Shown here: in pieces, positions 29,089 through 38,457 of the stretch
Layout of the letters: each line of letters opens with the position of its first letter
Position numbering within the stretch: the first letter of the stretch is position 1
Assembly: GCA_963735865.1 (NCBI GenBank)
Contig: CAVTML010000002.1
Coordinates: 1,811,871 to 1,875,870, forward strand
Length of the DNA: 64,000 bases
Direction of reading: 5' to 3'
From: an uncultured Chloroflexia bacterium
GTDB lineage: Bacteria; Chloroflexota; Limnocylindria; Limnocylindrales; CSP1-4
Position numbers and translations under genes: made by a program
Notes under the pieces: generated by a model
Databases searched by the model: none
What the model was told of the DNA's origin: nothing
What the model saw: the letters and a program-made list of their open reading frames with translations, nothing else

Positions 29089-29685
29089 TTGGCCGGCCCG
29101 GGTAGACTCGAGAAGGTGGCCGAAACGACACGAGCAAACCGGGTGAACCCCTTGGCGGGCTGTACCCGCGTTCTCATCGATGGCTCGAATCAGCGGAGTC
29201 CGTCGAATGAGCCGGTATCCGACGACGTCTACTCCACTTCCCTTCGCCGGCTATTCCCGCCCTCGATCGAGATACTCGTCGTGTTCGATACGGACCCCCC
29301 GATCGGCCTCCCGACGGTCCGCCGGACGGGCGGGCTCACCATGGTTCATGCGAGAGCGGGCGGCGCGGACGACGCGATCGTCAAGCTTGTCAGCGGGGCC
29401 CCGGATGGGACCATCGTCGTAACCGATGACGCCGAGTTGCGATCGCGTGTAACCAGGCTCGGCGGCACGGCGGAGCGAAATGGCTGGCTGCGTCAGAGGC
29501 TCAAGCTCGGCCGTGGCATGGCCCCGTCCCTGGGGCAGCAAAGCGCTCAGGGGCTCCACCAAGCGGGTGGCGATCGCGAGCGGAGCGAGGGGGACGACCG
29601 AGCGCCTTGGCGGCCAGGCAGGGGCGCGACATTCAAGCGCGGGCCATCCCGGCGGGAACCCAGGAACCGCCGCGCTGGCGCGTAG
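29089..29685 (+). CDS. NYN/YacP-like (PIN-related) putative RNase with a basic tail
   Basis: VLIDGSN...ILVVFD...VHARAGGADDAIVKLV...IVVTDDAELRSRV, then an R/K-rich tail. A GTG at 29143 is a plausible alternative start. Confidence 0.6.
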   Translation: MAGPGRLEKVAETTRANRVNPLAGCTRVLIDGSNQRSPSNEPVSDDVYSTSLRRLFPPSIEILVVFDTDPPIGLPTVRRTGGLTMVHARAGGADDAIVKLVSGAPDGTIVVTDDAELRSRVTRLGGTAERNGWLRQRLKLGRGMAPSLGQQSAQGLHQAGGDRERSEGDDRAPWRPGRGATFKRGPSRREPRNRRAGA

Positions 29686-30042
29686 GCGCGCAGAAGAGGC
29701 CGCGGTGTCGCCATAGCCGGCCTCGCGACGATCAACCCAACCCCGATCTGGGCGGGCTTCGGCGTGCTCCGGTGGCACGACGACCACCAGGTGGGCCCCA
29801 TAGGAGCCGCCAGGGGCCGCCCCCGTGGCGGGGCTCCGCCGACAATGCTGTTGCTGTGGCCGCATGGTCGGGTCGGCGTCGTCTCGTCCATGAGAAGCCG
29901 GGGCCCGAGAGTAGAGTCAGCGCGTGCAGACACTCGAGGTGCCTTGGGCGGGTTGGTCTCGGACGACTCGGGTGCGCGAGAGGCCGATGCCGGACGGACG
30001 ACACGGTAAGCCGGTCGTCGCCTGACCGTTCTTCAAGGTCCG

Positions 30043-32898
30043 TCAGCCGCCGAGCGCCTCGGCGACGGCTGTATTGACCGACAGCCGGCGGCCCGCGGCC
30101 CACGTCGCGGCTAACTCCGCTGCTCCGAGCGCTCCGCGCAGCAGGTCACGGGCGGGGTCCAGCTCGCCACGCTCGTGGGGCAGCAGCGCTGCCCCTGCGG
30201 TTTCGCGGAGACGCTCCGCGGCACCCAGCAGCCGGGCGGCTCGAGTGAACTCACCCTTGGCGACCGCGATGTAGGCGAACGCCTCGAGCTGGTTGGCGAC
30301 CGCGCCCCGGTTGCCAACGTGCTGCCAGGCCACGAGCGTCTCGCGATAGAGCGGTTCCGACCCGAGCGGATCGCCCGTTCGCCGGACGGCGTGAGCGAGC
30401 TCGCTGCGCGCGATCAGCTCGAAGCGCCAGTCGCCGAGCGCCCGATAGCGCTCCGCCGCGTCGGTGAGCCGCGCCGCGGCATCCGCCAGCCGGCCCTGCA
30501 GGCCCGCGACCCAGCCGCGTGTGAGTGTCACGTACGCCTGCTCACTCGGATCCGCCGCACGAGCCGCGGCGTCGTCGGCGGCGTCGAGCATCGCGGCCGC
30601 GCCGCCTGGATCGTCACGCGCCAGGACGATCGCGAACGCTGCCTGGAGGTGGCTCACCCGCCACCAGTCGCCGATGGACGAGGCCACCGACAGGAACTCG
30701 TCGACGATGGGACGGGACGCGGCGATCGTGCCGGTCACGGAGACGGCGCTGGCGAGCCCATAGAGCGCGTCCGCGAGCGCCACGGCGCTGTCCGACCGGC
30801 GCGCGGACCGGACGGCCGCCTCGCCCCACTCGATCCCGGACGCGCTCGTCTCCCACTCGATGGACGCGGTGGCGGCCGCGCCGAGAACGCGTGCCACCAG
30901 GGCATCCCGGCTCCCCGCCCCGGCCGGGTCCGGCGTCGGGAGCGAGGCGATCGCCACGCGTGCGCGTTCGATCCATTCGATCGCCTCGGGACCGGCCGAA
31001 CGAAGCGCCCAGTACGGCCGGAGCGTCACGACCAGGTCCAGGGCCGCCTCGATCTCGGCCTCGAACGCCCACTCGAGGGCGGCGCGGACGTTGTCGAGCT
31101 CCGCGTCGAGGCGCGCGAGGACATCGAGCAGGTCCGGGCCGTGGAGCCGCCCGACCTCCGCGTGCGCAAGGCCACGAAACACCTCGAGGTGCGCGTGCCG
31201 CGCAGCGTCCACTTCGCCGGCCGCGAGCAGGTGGGCCATCGCGTACTGCCGGATCGTCTCCAGCACCCGATAGCGGGTGCTTGTCGCCGCGTGGTCGACG
31301 ATCACGAGGGAGCGATCGACGAGGCGCGCCAGCCCGTCGAGGACCTCGAGCGCGGGGTCGACGTCGCCCGTCACCACGTCGAAGCCGGCCGATAGCGCGG
31401 CAGCCGCATCGAGCGTCCACCCGCCGGAGAACACGGCCATCCGTCGCAGCAGCTGGCGGTCCGGTTCGCCCAGCAAGTCCCAGCTCCAGTCCATCGCCGC
31501 CTGGAGGGTCTGCTGCCGAGGGGACGCGGTGCGCCGGCCGCCGGTCAGCAGCCGGAATCGGTCGCCGAGCCGCCGCGAGATGTCGTCGACGGAGAGGACG
31601 TTCACCCGCGCGGCGGCCAGCTCCAGGGCGAGTGGGATGCCGTCGAGGCGGCGGCAGATCTCGGCCACCACGGCGGCGTTCGCGGCGGACAGCTGGAACC
31701 CGGGCGCCACGGCCGACGCCCGCTGCACGAACAACTTGACGGCGTCGACACGGAGGAGCTCCTCGGTGCCGGCCGCACGGGCCGCGGGGCCGGCACCGCC
31801 CGTTGCGGGCACCGGCAGCGGCGCGACCGAGAGGATCTGCTCGCCGGCCACCCCGAGAGGCTCACGACTCGACGCCAGGAGAGCCACCCTCGGGCAAGCC
31901 TGCAGCACCTCCTCCGCGAATTCGGCCGCGGCAGCGATCACGTGCTCGCAGTTGTCGATCGCGAGAAGGAGCGTCTTGGCGCGCAGGAAGTCGATCAGGG
32001 CGTCGAGCGCCGGCTGTCCGGGCGCCGGCCGGACGCCGAGTGCCCGGCACACCTCCGCCGGAAGGAGTGCCGGGTCCGCGATCGGCGCAAGTTCGACCAG
32101 CCAGACCCCGTCGCGGTAGGCGGGCGTGAGTTCAGCTGCCGCCCGGAGCATCAGGCGGGTCTTCCCCGTGCCACCGAGGCCGACGAGGGTCACGCAGCGA
32201 TTTGACGCCAACAGCTCGTGGAGATCAACCAGCTCACGCTCACGGCCGACGAACGAGGTCATCTGGACCGGCAGGTTCGTGTGCGAGGCCTCGAGCGAGC
32301 GGAGCGGCGGATGGTCGCGCGGCAGGTCCGGTGCGAGGACCTCATGGACACGCACCGGTCGGTCGAGGTCGCGCAGCCGGTGCTCGCCATGGTCGGCGAG
32401 ATCGAACTCGCGGACATCGCTCTGGTCGAAGAGCAGGCGACTCGCCTCGGTGACCAGGATCTGGCCACCGTGGCCGATCGCGAGCAGCCGCGCCAGCTGG
32501 TTCAGTGGGGGTCCGAAGAAGTCGTTGCCGCGCGGCTGGACGGGCCCGCTGTTGACGGCCATCCGGACCCGCAACGGCCCGAGGTCGGCCCAACTCGACG
32601 CTGCGAGCCGGCGCTGCGCGTCGACGGCGGCGCGGACGGCCGCGGCCGCGTCGTCGAACACAGCCAGCACACCGTCGCCGGTCGACTTCACGGTGGTGCC
32701 GCCGGCGGCCTCGATCGCTGCGTGCAGGATCGCATCGTGGCTGGCGAGCGCAGTCCGCATCGCGTCCGGATGCGCCTGCCACAGCCGCGTTGAGCCCTCG
32801 ATGTCGGTCAGGAGGAAGGTCCTGACCGCGAGACCCCGACGATCCACAGCGGCTGGCTGCGAACTGTTCATCGGCCACACTCTTCCTAAGGCACGCAA
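30043..32898 (-). CDS. class III adenylate/guanylate cyclase + NB-ARC/STAND ATPase + TPR-like repeat protein (intact)
   Basis: RTFLLTDIEGSTRLW...KSTGDGVLAVFD...MAVNSGP (cyclase); VTLVGLGGTGKTRLM (P-loop); LLLAIDNCEH (Walker B-like); long helical repeats. ATG at 32871 is a likely alternative start. Confidence 0.85.
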   Translation of the reverse strand: MRALGRVWPMNSSQPAAVDRRGLAVRTFLLTDIEGSTRLWQAHPDAMRTALASHDAILHAAIEAAGGTTVKSTGDGVLAVFDDAAAAVRAAVDAQRRLAASSWADLGPLRVRMAVNSGPVQPRGNDFFGPPLNQLARLLAIGHGGQILVTEASRLLFDQSDVREFDLADHGEHRLRDLDRPVRVHEVLAPDLPRDHPPLRSLEASHTNLPVQMTSFVGRERELVDLHELLASNRCVTLVGLGGTGKTRLMLRAAAELTPAYRDGVWLVELAPIADPALLPAEVCRALGVRPAPGQPALDALIDFLRAKTLLLAIDNCEHVIAAAAEFAEEVLQACPRVALLASSREPLGVAGEQILSVAPLPVPATGGAGPAARAAGTEELLRVDAVKLFVQRASAVAPGFQLSAANAAVVAEICRRLDGIPLALELAAARVNVLSVDDISRRLGDRFRLLTGGRRTASPRQQTLQAAMDWSWDLLGEPDRQLLRRMAVFSGGWTLDAAAALSAGFDVVTGDVDPALEVLDGLARLVDRSLVIVDHAATSTRYRVLETIRQYAMAHLLAAGEVDAARHAHLEVFRGLAHAEVGRLHGPDLLDVLARLDAELDNVRAALEWAFEAEIEAALDLVVTLRPYWALRSAGPEAIEWIERARVAIASLPTPDPAGAGSRDALVARVLGAAATASIEWETSASGIEWGEAAVRSARRSDSAVALADALYGLASAVSVTGTIAASRPIVDEFLSVASSIGDWWRVSHLQAAFAIVLARDDPGGAAAMLDAADDAAARAADPSEQAYVTLTRGWVAGLQGRLADAAARLTDAAERYRALGDWRFELIARSELAHAVRRTGDPLGSEPLYRETLVAWQHVGNRGAVANQLEAFAYIAVAKGEFTRAARLLGAAERLRETAGAALLPHERGELDPARDLLRGALGAAELAATWAAGRRLSVNTAVAEALGG

Positions 32899-33055
32899 GG
32901 GGCGCCCTCCAGCCTACGGTACAGCCAGGCAGGGTGCCGACGCATACCGGTGGAAGCTGCCCGCCGCTGCATCACGTCATTGGAGGCAAGCCTGGCTCGA
33001 TCTCCCCGTATCGGCGGTCCCCAACGCGCCTCACGCGACCTGAGTAGGTCGGGCC

Positions 33056-33696
33056 TCAGGGTGCCGTGAACATGAAGTTCGGCCCCAGGTCGTAGTTCAG
33101 GGCGCCGATCCCGTTGTCCTTCATCGTGTAGAACCAGTTGGGCTCCACCATCGTGCTCGTCTGTTCCAGGCCGCCCCCGCCGTTGCCGTCCATGGCGAGG
33201 TAGGTGATCGCCGGGTCCACGTCGGCCGCGACCAGCGTCGGCGAGGCGACGTAGTAGTCCGAGAGCGAGACCCAGGCGACGGAGAACGTGTCGCTCGTGT
33301 TCAGCGCGATCGGGCTGGAAAGGGTGGCGTACCGGTAGACACCATGCGGGGTGTCAGTCGCGCTCACGGTGCGACGGCGAGCTGGCTGTGCGTCGTGAGG
33401 TCGTACAGGGCGACCGGGACCGCCTTGAATTGCTCGGCTCCGTTCGTGAGGCTCGACAGGTTCGAGTCGTACGCGCCGAGGGCCGTGACCGAGATCGGCT
33501 GGTTCGCCGTGAACTCGAAGCCCTCCAGGTAGGTGCCCTGGGTGTAGTTGAAGCCACCGCTCCCCGAGACCGGGACGTTGAGGGCGATGCCACCGGTGCC
33601 CGATCCGGCGGGGGTCCCCGTTGACGAACCTCCACAGCCGATGACGAGCCCACCGACGAGCAGGGTGGCCAGGGTCAGCCGAACGCGTCCGTTCAT
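33056..33696 (-). pseudogene. lipoprotein with a DUF4082-like beta domain, one frame break near 33365
   Basis: MNGRVRLTLATLLVGGLVIGCGGSS (lipobox). FNYTQGTYLEGFEFTANQPISVTALGAYD... / GVYRYATLSSPIALNTSDTFSVAWVS. AGGAGG lies upstream of the ATG at 33696. Confidence 0.55.
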
Positions 33697-33922
33697 CGCG
33701 CCCTCCTGGGGGCAAGGGGAACCAGAGGACGAGGCACACCCGCGCGAGGTGCCCGGCGACACCACAAACACCATCACGACAGCGCCTCTCGCGGTCCGGG
33801 TGAGGGTCGGCCCGGCTACCACGGCTGTCTAGAGGCGTTGGTCATGAGCCGTTGACTCGGAGGATCACAGGACCCCATTCGCCGATCCGTAGCGGGGTCG
33901 CGCAGCACGAGGTGATGCCAGC

Positions 33923-33951
33923 TTGACGTCTTAACGTTATAACGCCATAGT
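33923..33951 (+). promoter_or_regulatory. candidate leaderless promoter with palindromic operator for the RHH-PIN operon
   Basis: TTGACG (33923-28), 17-nt spacer, CATAGT (33946-51), then 6 nt (33952-33957) before the GTG at 33958. A perfect 10-nt palindrome CGTTATAACG (33935-44) lies in the spacer. Confidence 0.45.
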
Positions 33952-33957
33952 GGAAGG

Positions 33958-34203
33958 GTGGCGGTCAAGAAGAAGGTCACCCTGTACGTCGACGGGGACG
34001 TGATGCGGGCGGCCCGGGTGCGCGCAGCCCGGACTGACAAGCGCGACTCCGAGGTAGTGGAAGACGCCCTCCGCGCCTACCTCGGCTTTGATGTCCTGGC
34101 CGGCGTCTGGGCACGCAGTGACCTGAGCGAGGACGAGGCGATGCGCCTCGCCGTGAAGGAGACGCACGCCGCCCGAGCCGAGAAGCGTGCGCGCGGTTCT
34201 TGA
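33958..34203 (+). CDS. ribbon-helix-helix (CopG/VapB-like) antitoxin
   Basis: MAVKKKVTLYVDGDVMRAARVRAARTDKRDSEVVEDALRAYL; 81 aa; overlaps the PIN gene by 17 nt. Confidence 0.75.
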   Translation: MAVKKKVTLYVDGDVMRAARVRAARTDKRDSEVVEDALRAYLGFDVLAGVWARSDLSEDEAMRLAVKETHAARAEKRARGS

Positions 34204-34597
34204 CACCAACGTCCTCGTTTCGGCGCTGATCAGCCCGGGCGGTTCGAGCGCGGCGCTCCTGCTCGAACTTCGCGCCGGCGCCTTCGAGCTCGTCGCCTCT
34301 CCGACGCTCCTGGGCGAGCTCCGCGAGGTCCTGGGGCGCGAGAAGTTCCGTCGCTACGTCACCCAGGCCGAAGTCCACGCCTACGTCGACCTCATCGGGC
34401 ATGCAGCCACCCTCCTCGATGATCCCGTGCCGAGCGCTCGACCGCTCAGTGCCGATCCCGACGACGAGTATCTCGTAGACCTCGCGCGCGCCGCCGAGGC
34501 CGATGTGCTCGTGTCGGGCGATGCGCACCTGCTCGAACTGCGCGATCGCCTGCCGGTCATGACCCCGGCCGAATTCTTGGCCAGGCTGGGCACCTAG
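34187..34597 (+). CDS. PIN-domain toxin (TIGR00305-like)
   Basis: RAVLDTNVLVSALISPGG...PDDEYLVDLARAAEADVLVSGDAHLLEL. Confidence 0.8.
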   Translation: MRAVLDTNVLVSALISPGGSSAALLLELRAGAFELVASPTLLGELREVLGREKFRRYVTQAEVHAYVDLIGHAATLLDDPVPSARPLSADPDDEYLVDLARAAEADVLVSGDAHLLELRDRLPVMTPAEFLARLGT

Positions 34598-34629
34598 CCC
34601 ATTCGTCCCCCGCCTGCGAGGGATCGTGC

Positions 34630-34890
34630 ATGGCCGGGGAGCAGGGACAGCGGATCAACGTGATCCTCGATGAAGAGCACGCCATCAAACTCAAGGACAT
34701 GGCCGCGCGGATGTACCTCCAACCTGGCACCGTTGCTCGGTCGCTCCTCGCGCGCGCGATCGACCAAGTGGACTCGGAAGCCGACACGATCACGGCGATC
34801 CTCGACGCGATCCCGGGGGCATGGGAACGAACGCAGGAAGGACTCGCCGACGCCCGAGCCGGTCGGGTCGTCCCGCTTGACGAGCTCTGA
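34630..34890 (+). CDS. RHH-type antitoxin-like protein (apparently orphan)
   Basis: QRINVILDEEHAIKLKDMAARMYLQPGTVARSLLARAI...; 86 aa. Confidence 0.55.
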   Translation: MAGEQGQRINVILDEEHAIKLKDMAARMYLQPGTVARSLLARAIDQVDSEADTITAILDAIPGAWERTQEGLADARAGRVVPLDEL

Positions 34891-34896
34891 TCCACA

Positions 34897-35001
34897 GTGG
34901 CCACGATCGTCGTCGCGCAACGCGCGCGGACGGATCTCGCCTATCTGATCGAGACCAGGCAGCTTCCCGGGGACACACGCCGTGACACGGAGGTCCCGCT
35001 G
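34897..35001 (+). pseudogene. possible 5' remnant of a ParE/RelE-type toxin gene
   Basis: VATIVVAQRARTDLAYLIETRQLPGDTRRD resembles the toxin N-terminal pattern. The rest of ORF 34897..35319 is antisense to vapC and looks non-protein-like. Confidence 0.25.
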
Positions 35002-35400
35002 TCAGGTCGCCGGCCGAGCCTCGACGAAGCCCGCGGCGCTGAAGTCGCCGTCGAACGCCAATGCCTCCGCGAGGCGCTCTCGGCGCATGACGGCAAAGCT
35101 CGTGGCATCGACGAAGGAGTAGACCCGCTCGTCGTGACGACGCAGCCAGGCCCGCGCCTCGCGCTCGATCGCCTCGTCGACATGGACGACGGTCAGCCAA
35201 TCCGCCGACTCGACCGCATCCAGGAAGGCGACGGCCGACTGGTGTCCGTCGCGCCGGCGCAGGAACGTCCAGGTCTCGCCGACGACGTGGTTCGTCGTCA
35301 GGAGCGGCTGGCCGGGTGACCACAGGCGGACGGCGACGTCGTGATGGTCATCACGCCGCAGTCGCAGGGCCACCCAGTAGGAGGTGTCGACGAACCTCAC
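35002..35400 (-). CDS. vapC: VapC-type PIN-domain toxin
   Basis: (GTG) RFVDTSYWVALRLRRDDHH...TTNHVVGETWTFL...YSFVDATSFAVMRRERLAEALAFDGDFSAAGF. GTGA overlap with the vapB stop. Confidence 0.8.
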   Translation of the reverse strand: MRFVDTSYWVALRLRRDDHHDVAVRLWSPGQPLLTTNHVVGETWTFLRRRDGHQSAVAFLDAVESADWLTVVHVDEAIEREARAWLRRHDERVYSFVDATSFAVMRRERLAEALAFDGDFSAAGFVEARPAT

Positions 35401-35610
35401 GAACCGTAGACGACGTCGTCGACGGGCGCCGGCGGCGGCGTCGCTGCCGCCGATCCAGTCACGGAACGGATCGACCGGAGGCTTTGGCTCACCCATCGAT
35501 CCGCGGACGGCCTCGCGGATCAGAGCCGCCTTGGACGTGTGCACGCGACGCGCCTTGACGGCGAGGGCGTCGTCCAGGTCCTCGTCGATGTAGATCTGCA
35601 GCCGCTTCAT
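35397..35610 (-). pseudogene. vapB: VapB-type RHH antitoxin, with a frame break in the C-terminal tail (about 35430)
   Basis: MKRLQIYIDEDLDDALAVKARRVHTSKAALIREAVR... As assembled it reads through into vapC. A shifted frame gives ...DDVVYGS* with TGA at 35397-99. TATACT lies 6 nt upstream of the ATG. Confidence 0.65.
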
Positions 35611-35668
35611 CGGTGAAGTATACATCAGTCCACACCATATACAGCGCCGGGATGGACCCACCGGCCGC

Positions 35669-37401
35669 TCAGCGGGTCGCGATCCGTTGCGCCAGCTCAG
35701 GCGGGGCGATGACGACCAGGTGTTCGCGGGCGCGTGACGCGCCGACGTACAGCAGCTGGCCCAGACGCTCGTCATCGGGATCCAGCTCCGCCAGGACGAT
35801 GACCTCCCGGTCGAGGCCCTTGAAGCGGCGGATGGAGTCGCACAGGATCGTGCCGCGCGGCTGAGCCGGCACCTTGTCGAACGCAAGGCCAAGCGACTCG
35901 CCCGTCCGGGTGGCCGCATTGGCGTTCCAGAGGTCGATCCCGCCCTTGAAGCGGCCGTGGTGCCAGATCGCGCTGGTGCGCAGCGACCCACCGAGCAGGA
36001 CGGCCACCTGATCCTTTGGCACCTTCTCCCGTATGGACGATGTCGCGCAGGACCTGACCGACCGCCTCGACGGTCGCCTCCCCTGCCGCCGCCTCGATGA
36101 TCACGGGCGCTCGACCCTCCTCGCGCATCGGCTCCGAGTGCAGGTCGCCGGTGTACCAGCGGTACGCGAAGGCATGGATCGGCCTGGGTTGCGGCAGTTG
36201 AGGTCGAGCGGGTATTCGTGCAACCCCAGACCACCCGACACATCGGGCCGATAGAGCGCCTGCGCCGGGTCGTGGAAGACGTACAGGACGTCGTGCTCGG
36301 GGTCGTCGAGCAGCAGCTGCAGCGTCACAAGCCAATCCGCCGCGAAGTCCTGGCCTTCATCGATCACCAGGGCATGCCATCGCCCGACGACGGTCTTGGT
36401 CGCGTTCGCCAGGCCGTGCGGCAGCGCGACGTCCCACCAGGCCTGGTCGGGTGGCTCGGGCTTGGGCGGCAGTGTGCGGGCCTCGGTGCCAAGCCGCAGA
36501 CACAGCTCGTGGAAGGTCGTGACCGTCAGCATCCCGGCCGCGATGAAGGGGGCCAGGTCGGGCTCGTCGGCGACCGCCCGCGCCAGCGGCTGGTTGAAGC
36601 AGACGAAGAGCGTCTTGTAGCCCTCCGAGGCGAGCTGCCGGGCCTTCTCGATCGCCACGAGCGTCTTGCCGCTGCCGGCGCCGCCCTCGATCGAGGCGCG
36701 ACGCTCCCGCCGCAGGATCCGCAGGACGTCCAGCTGGTGCTGGGTGGGGGTGAGGAGCGCCCGCTCGCCCGCCTCGATGTCGCCGCGAAGGAGCGACCGC
36801 AGCTGGATCGTCGGCTCCAGGATCTCCCGGATCGTGGCTCGGTCCTGCTCGTTGAGCGGTCGATCTCGGGCGCCGTCGCCCGACCAGTAGCGGAAGATGC
36901 GGGCCAGGGCCTTGGCCGTGGTGGTCTCGGTCGGTGAGGTCGGCGCGGTCGATGACCAGCTCGATCGGGGCGTCCGGCCCGAGCGTTTGGGCGCCCAGAG
37001 AATCGCGGTCCGTGTCCGGGAAGGCGACCGCATGGAGCATCCGCGGCTCGGGGCGGCCGCCCCAGCGGGGATCGGCGACGATCACGTCACCGATCGCGTG
37101 CGTACCCACCATCGCCTGGTGGAACGGGCTTTCGGGCAGAGGCCGGTTGCCGGCGAACCAGTGGCCGGACGCTTCGCGGGCGACCGTGCCGTCCTTGACC
37201 TCGATCGCCAGGATCCCGAACTCGGGATGGACGACGAGCAGGTCCGTCTCCCCGTCGCGCGGCGGTCCACCGGGCACGAGTCGGCGCCAGCCAGTGGACG
37301 TTGGCGTAGACGTCCGCGTCGGGCGTCGTGGTCTTCAGCGCGGCCCGGACCCGCGCCTCGACGATCCGCTCGCCGGGGGCCTGCTCATCGATTCCGCCCA
37401 T
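35669..37401 (-). pseudogene. NERD-domain + UvrD-like SF1 helicase protein, at least 4 frame breaks
   Basis: ETDLLVVHPEFGILAIEVKDG (NERD); IEGGAGSGKTLVAIEKA (Walker A); HALVIDEGQDF; LCDSIRRFKGLDREVIVL...LLYVGASRAREHLVV. Confidence 0.75.
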
Positions 37402-37524
37402 CACGCTCCCGCGGCTGGTGCACCGCACACGCCCCGTGCGGCTACGCGCCGCGAATTCTTCTCCACCGAGGATACGCACGCGGGGATCACGGCGGCGCCA
37501 TCCCAACCGAATTAGAGTCTCGCG

Positions 37525-38457
37525 ATGCAGCCCCGTCTGAACGTGTGGATCCCAACCGAGGCGCCAGAAGACGCCAGAGCTCGCCTGGCCCGGCTTGCCC
37601 ACGTCGAGGCGATGCCCCAACCGGGCACACGCCCCGAAGGGTCAGGGGGCGCCGACGTCGTCGTCGTTGGCGACACACCGCGTGATCCAACGGCGTTCTT
37701 CTCCCAAGTCGCAGGTCTGCGAGTCATCCAGGCCCTCTCCGCGGGAGTGGATAACCTCATCGAGCATGTCCCGCCCGGCGTCACGCTCTGTGACGCGGCC
37801 GGCGCCTACGACGCTGCCGTCGCCGAGTGGGTGCTCATGGTGATCCTCGCCGCCCGCCGAGACCTGCCGCGTTACATAGAGGGCCAACGGAACGCGGTGT
37901 GGCGTCCTGGTGGTGCGATCCTCGGCCGTGACGAGCTGATGGGCGGCACCGTTCTCATCGTCGGGTATGGGTCGATAGGCCGTGCAGTGGACCGCCGCCT
38001 GTCCGCATGCGGCATGAGAGTGCTGCGCGTGGCCCGGCGCGCCAGGCAAGGGGTGGCCGCGATGGTCGACACACCCGCGCTCCTGCCGAAGGCGGATGTC
38101 GTCGTCCTTCTCGTGCCCTTGACCGAGTTCACGCGAGGCATGGTGGACGACCAGTTCCTGGCGTCGATGGCGCCCGGCGCGCTACTCGTGAACGCAGCTC
38201 GCGGCGCCGTTGTCGACACCGCTGCCCTGATGCGCGCGCTGGGCTCCGGACGCCTGCGGGCGGCGCTGGACGTGACCGACCCTGAGCCGTTACCGGCCGA
38301 CAACTCACTTTGGTCGATGCCGGGCGTCATCATCACGCCTCACGTCGCCGGCGCCACATACCAGTCACGGCTGCGCGCCTGGGCCTTCGCCGTGGCGCAG
38401 GTCAGTCGTCAGCGGCGCGGCGTCCCCCTGCTCAACGTCGTCGTCGACGGCTATTGA
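37525..38457 (+). CDS. D-isomer-specific 2-hydroxyacid dehydrogenase family protein
   Basis: Intact 310 aa. [16 protein letters not shown] (NAD site)...[11 protein letters not shown]...[12 protein letters not shown]...[11 protein letters not shown]. Confidence 0.85.
   Translation: MQPRLNVWIPTEAPEDARARLARLAHVEAMPQPGTRPEGSGGADVVVVGDTPRDPTAFFSQVAGLRVIQALSAGVDNLIEHVPPGVTLCDAAGAYDAAVAEWVLMVILAARRDLPRYIEGQRNAVWRPGGAILGRDELMGGTVLIVGYGSIGRAVDRRLSACGMRVLRVARRARQGVAAMVDTPALLPKADVVVLLVPLTEFTRGMVDDQFLASMAPGALLVNAARGAVVDTAALMRALGSGRLRAALDVTDPEPLPADNSLWSMPGVIITPHVAGATYQSRLRAWAFAVAQVSRQRRGVPLLNVVVDGY

Noticed and set aside
29686-30042. 360-nt gap after the NYN gene, examined for a tRNA or small ORF (minus-strand ORF 29547-29933)
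   Set aside because: There is no T-loop or anticodon-arm pattern, and the ORF translation is low-complexity and overlaps the NYN tail. The region is left unannotated.
34897-35319. 140-aa plus-strand ORF downstream of the RHH antitoxin as a full-length toxin
   Set aside because: Beyond about codon 35 it is antisense to the well-supported vapC gene and loses protein-like character. Only the stub is retained, as a low-confidence remnant.
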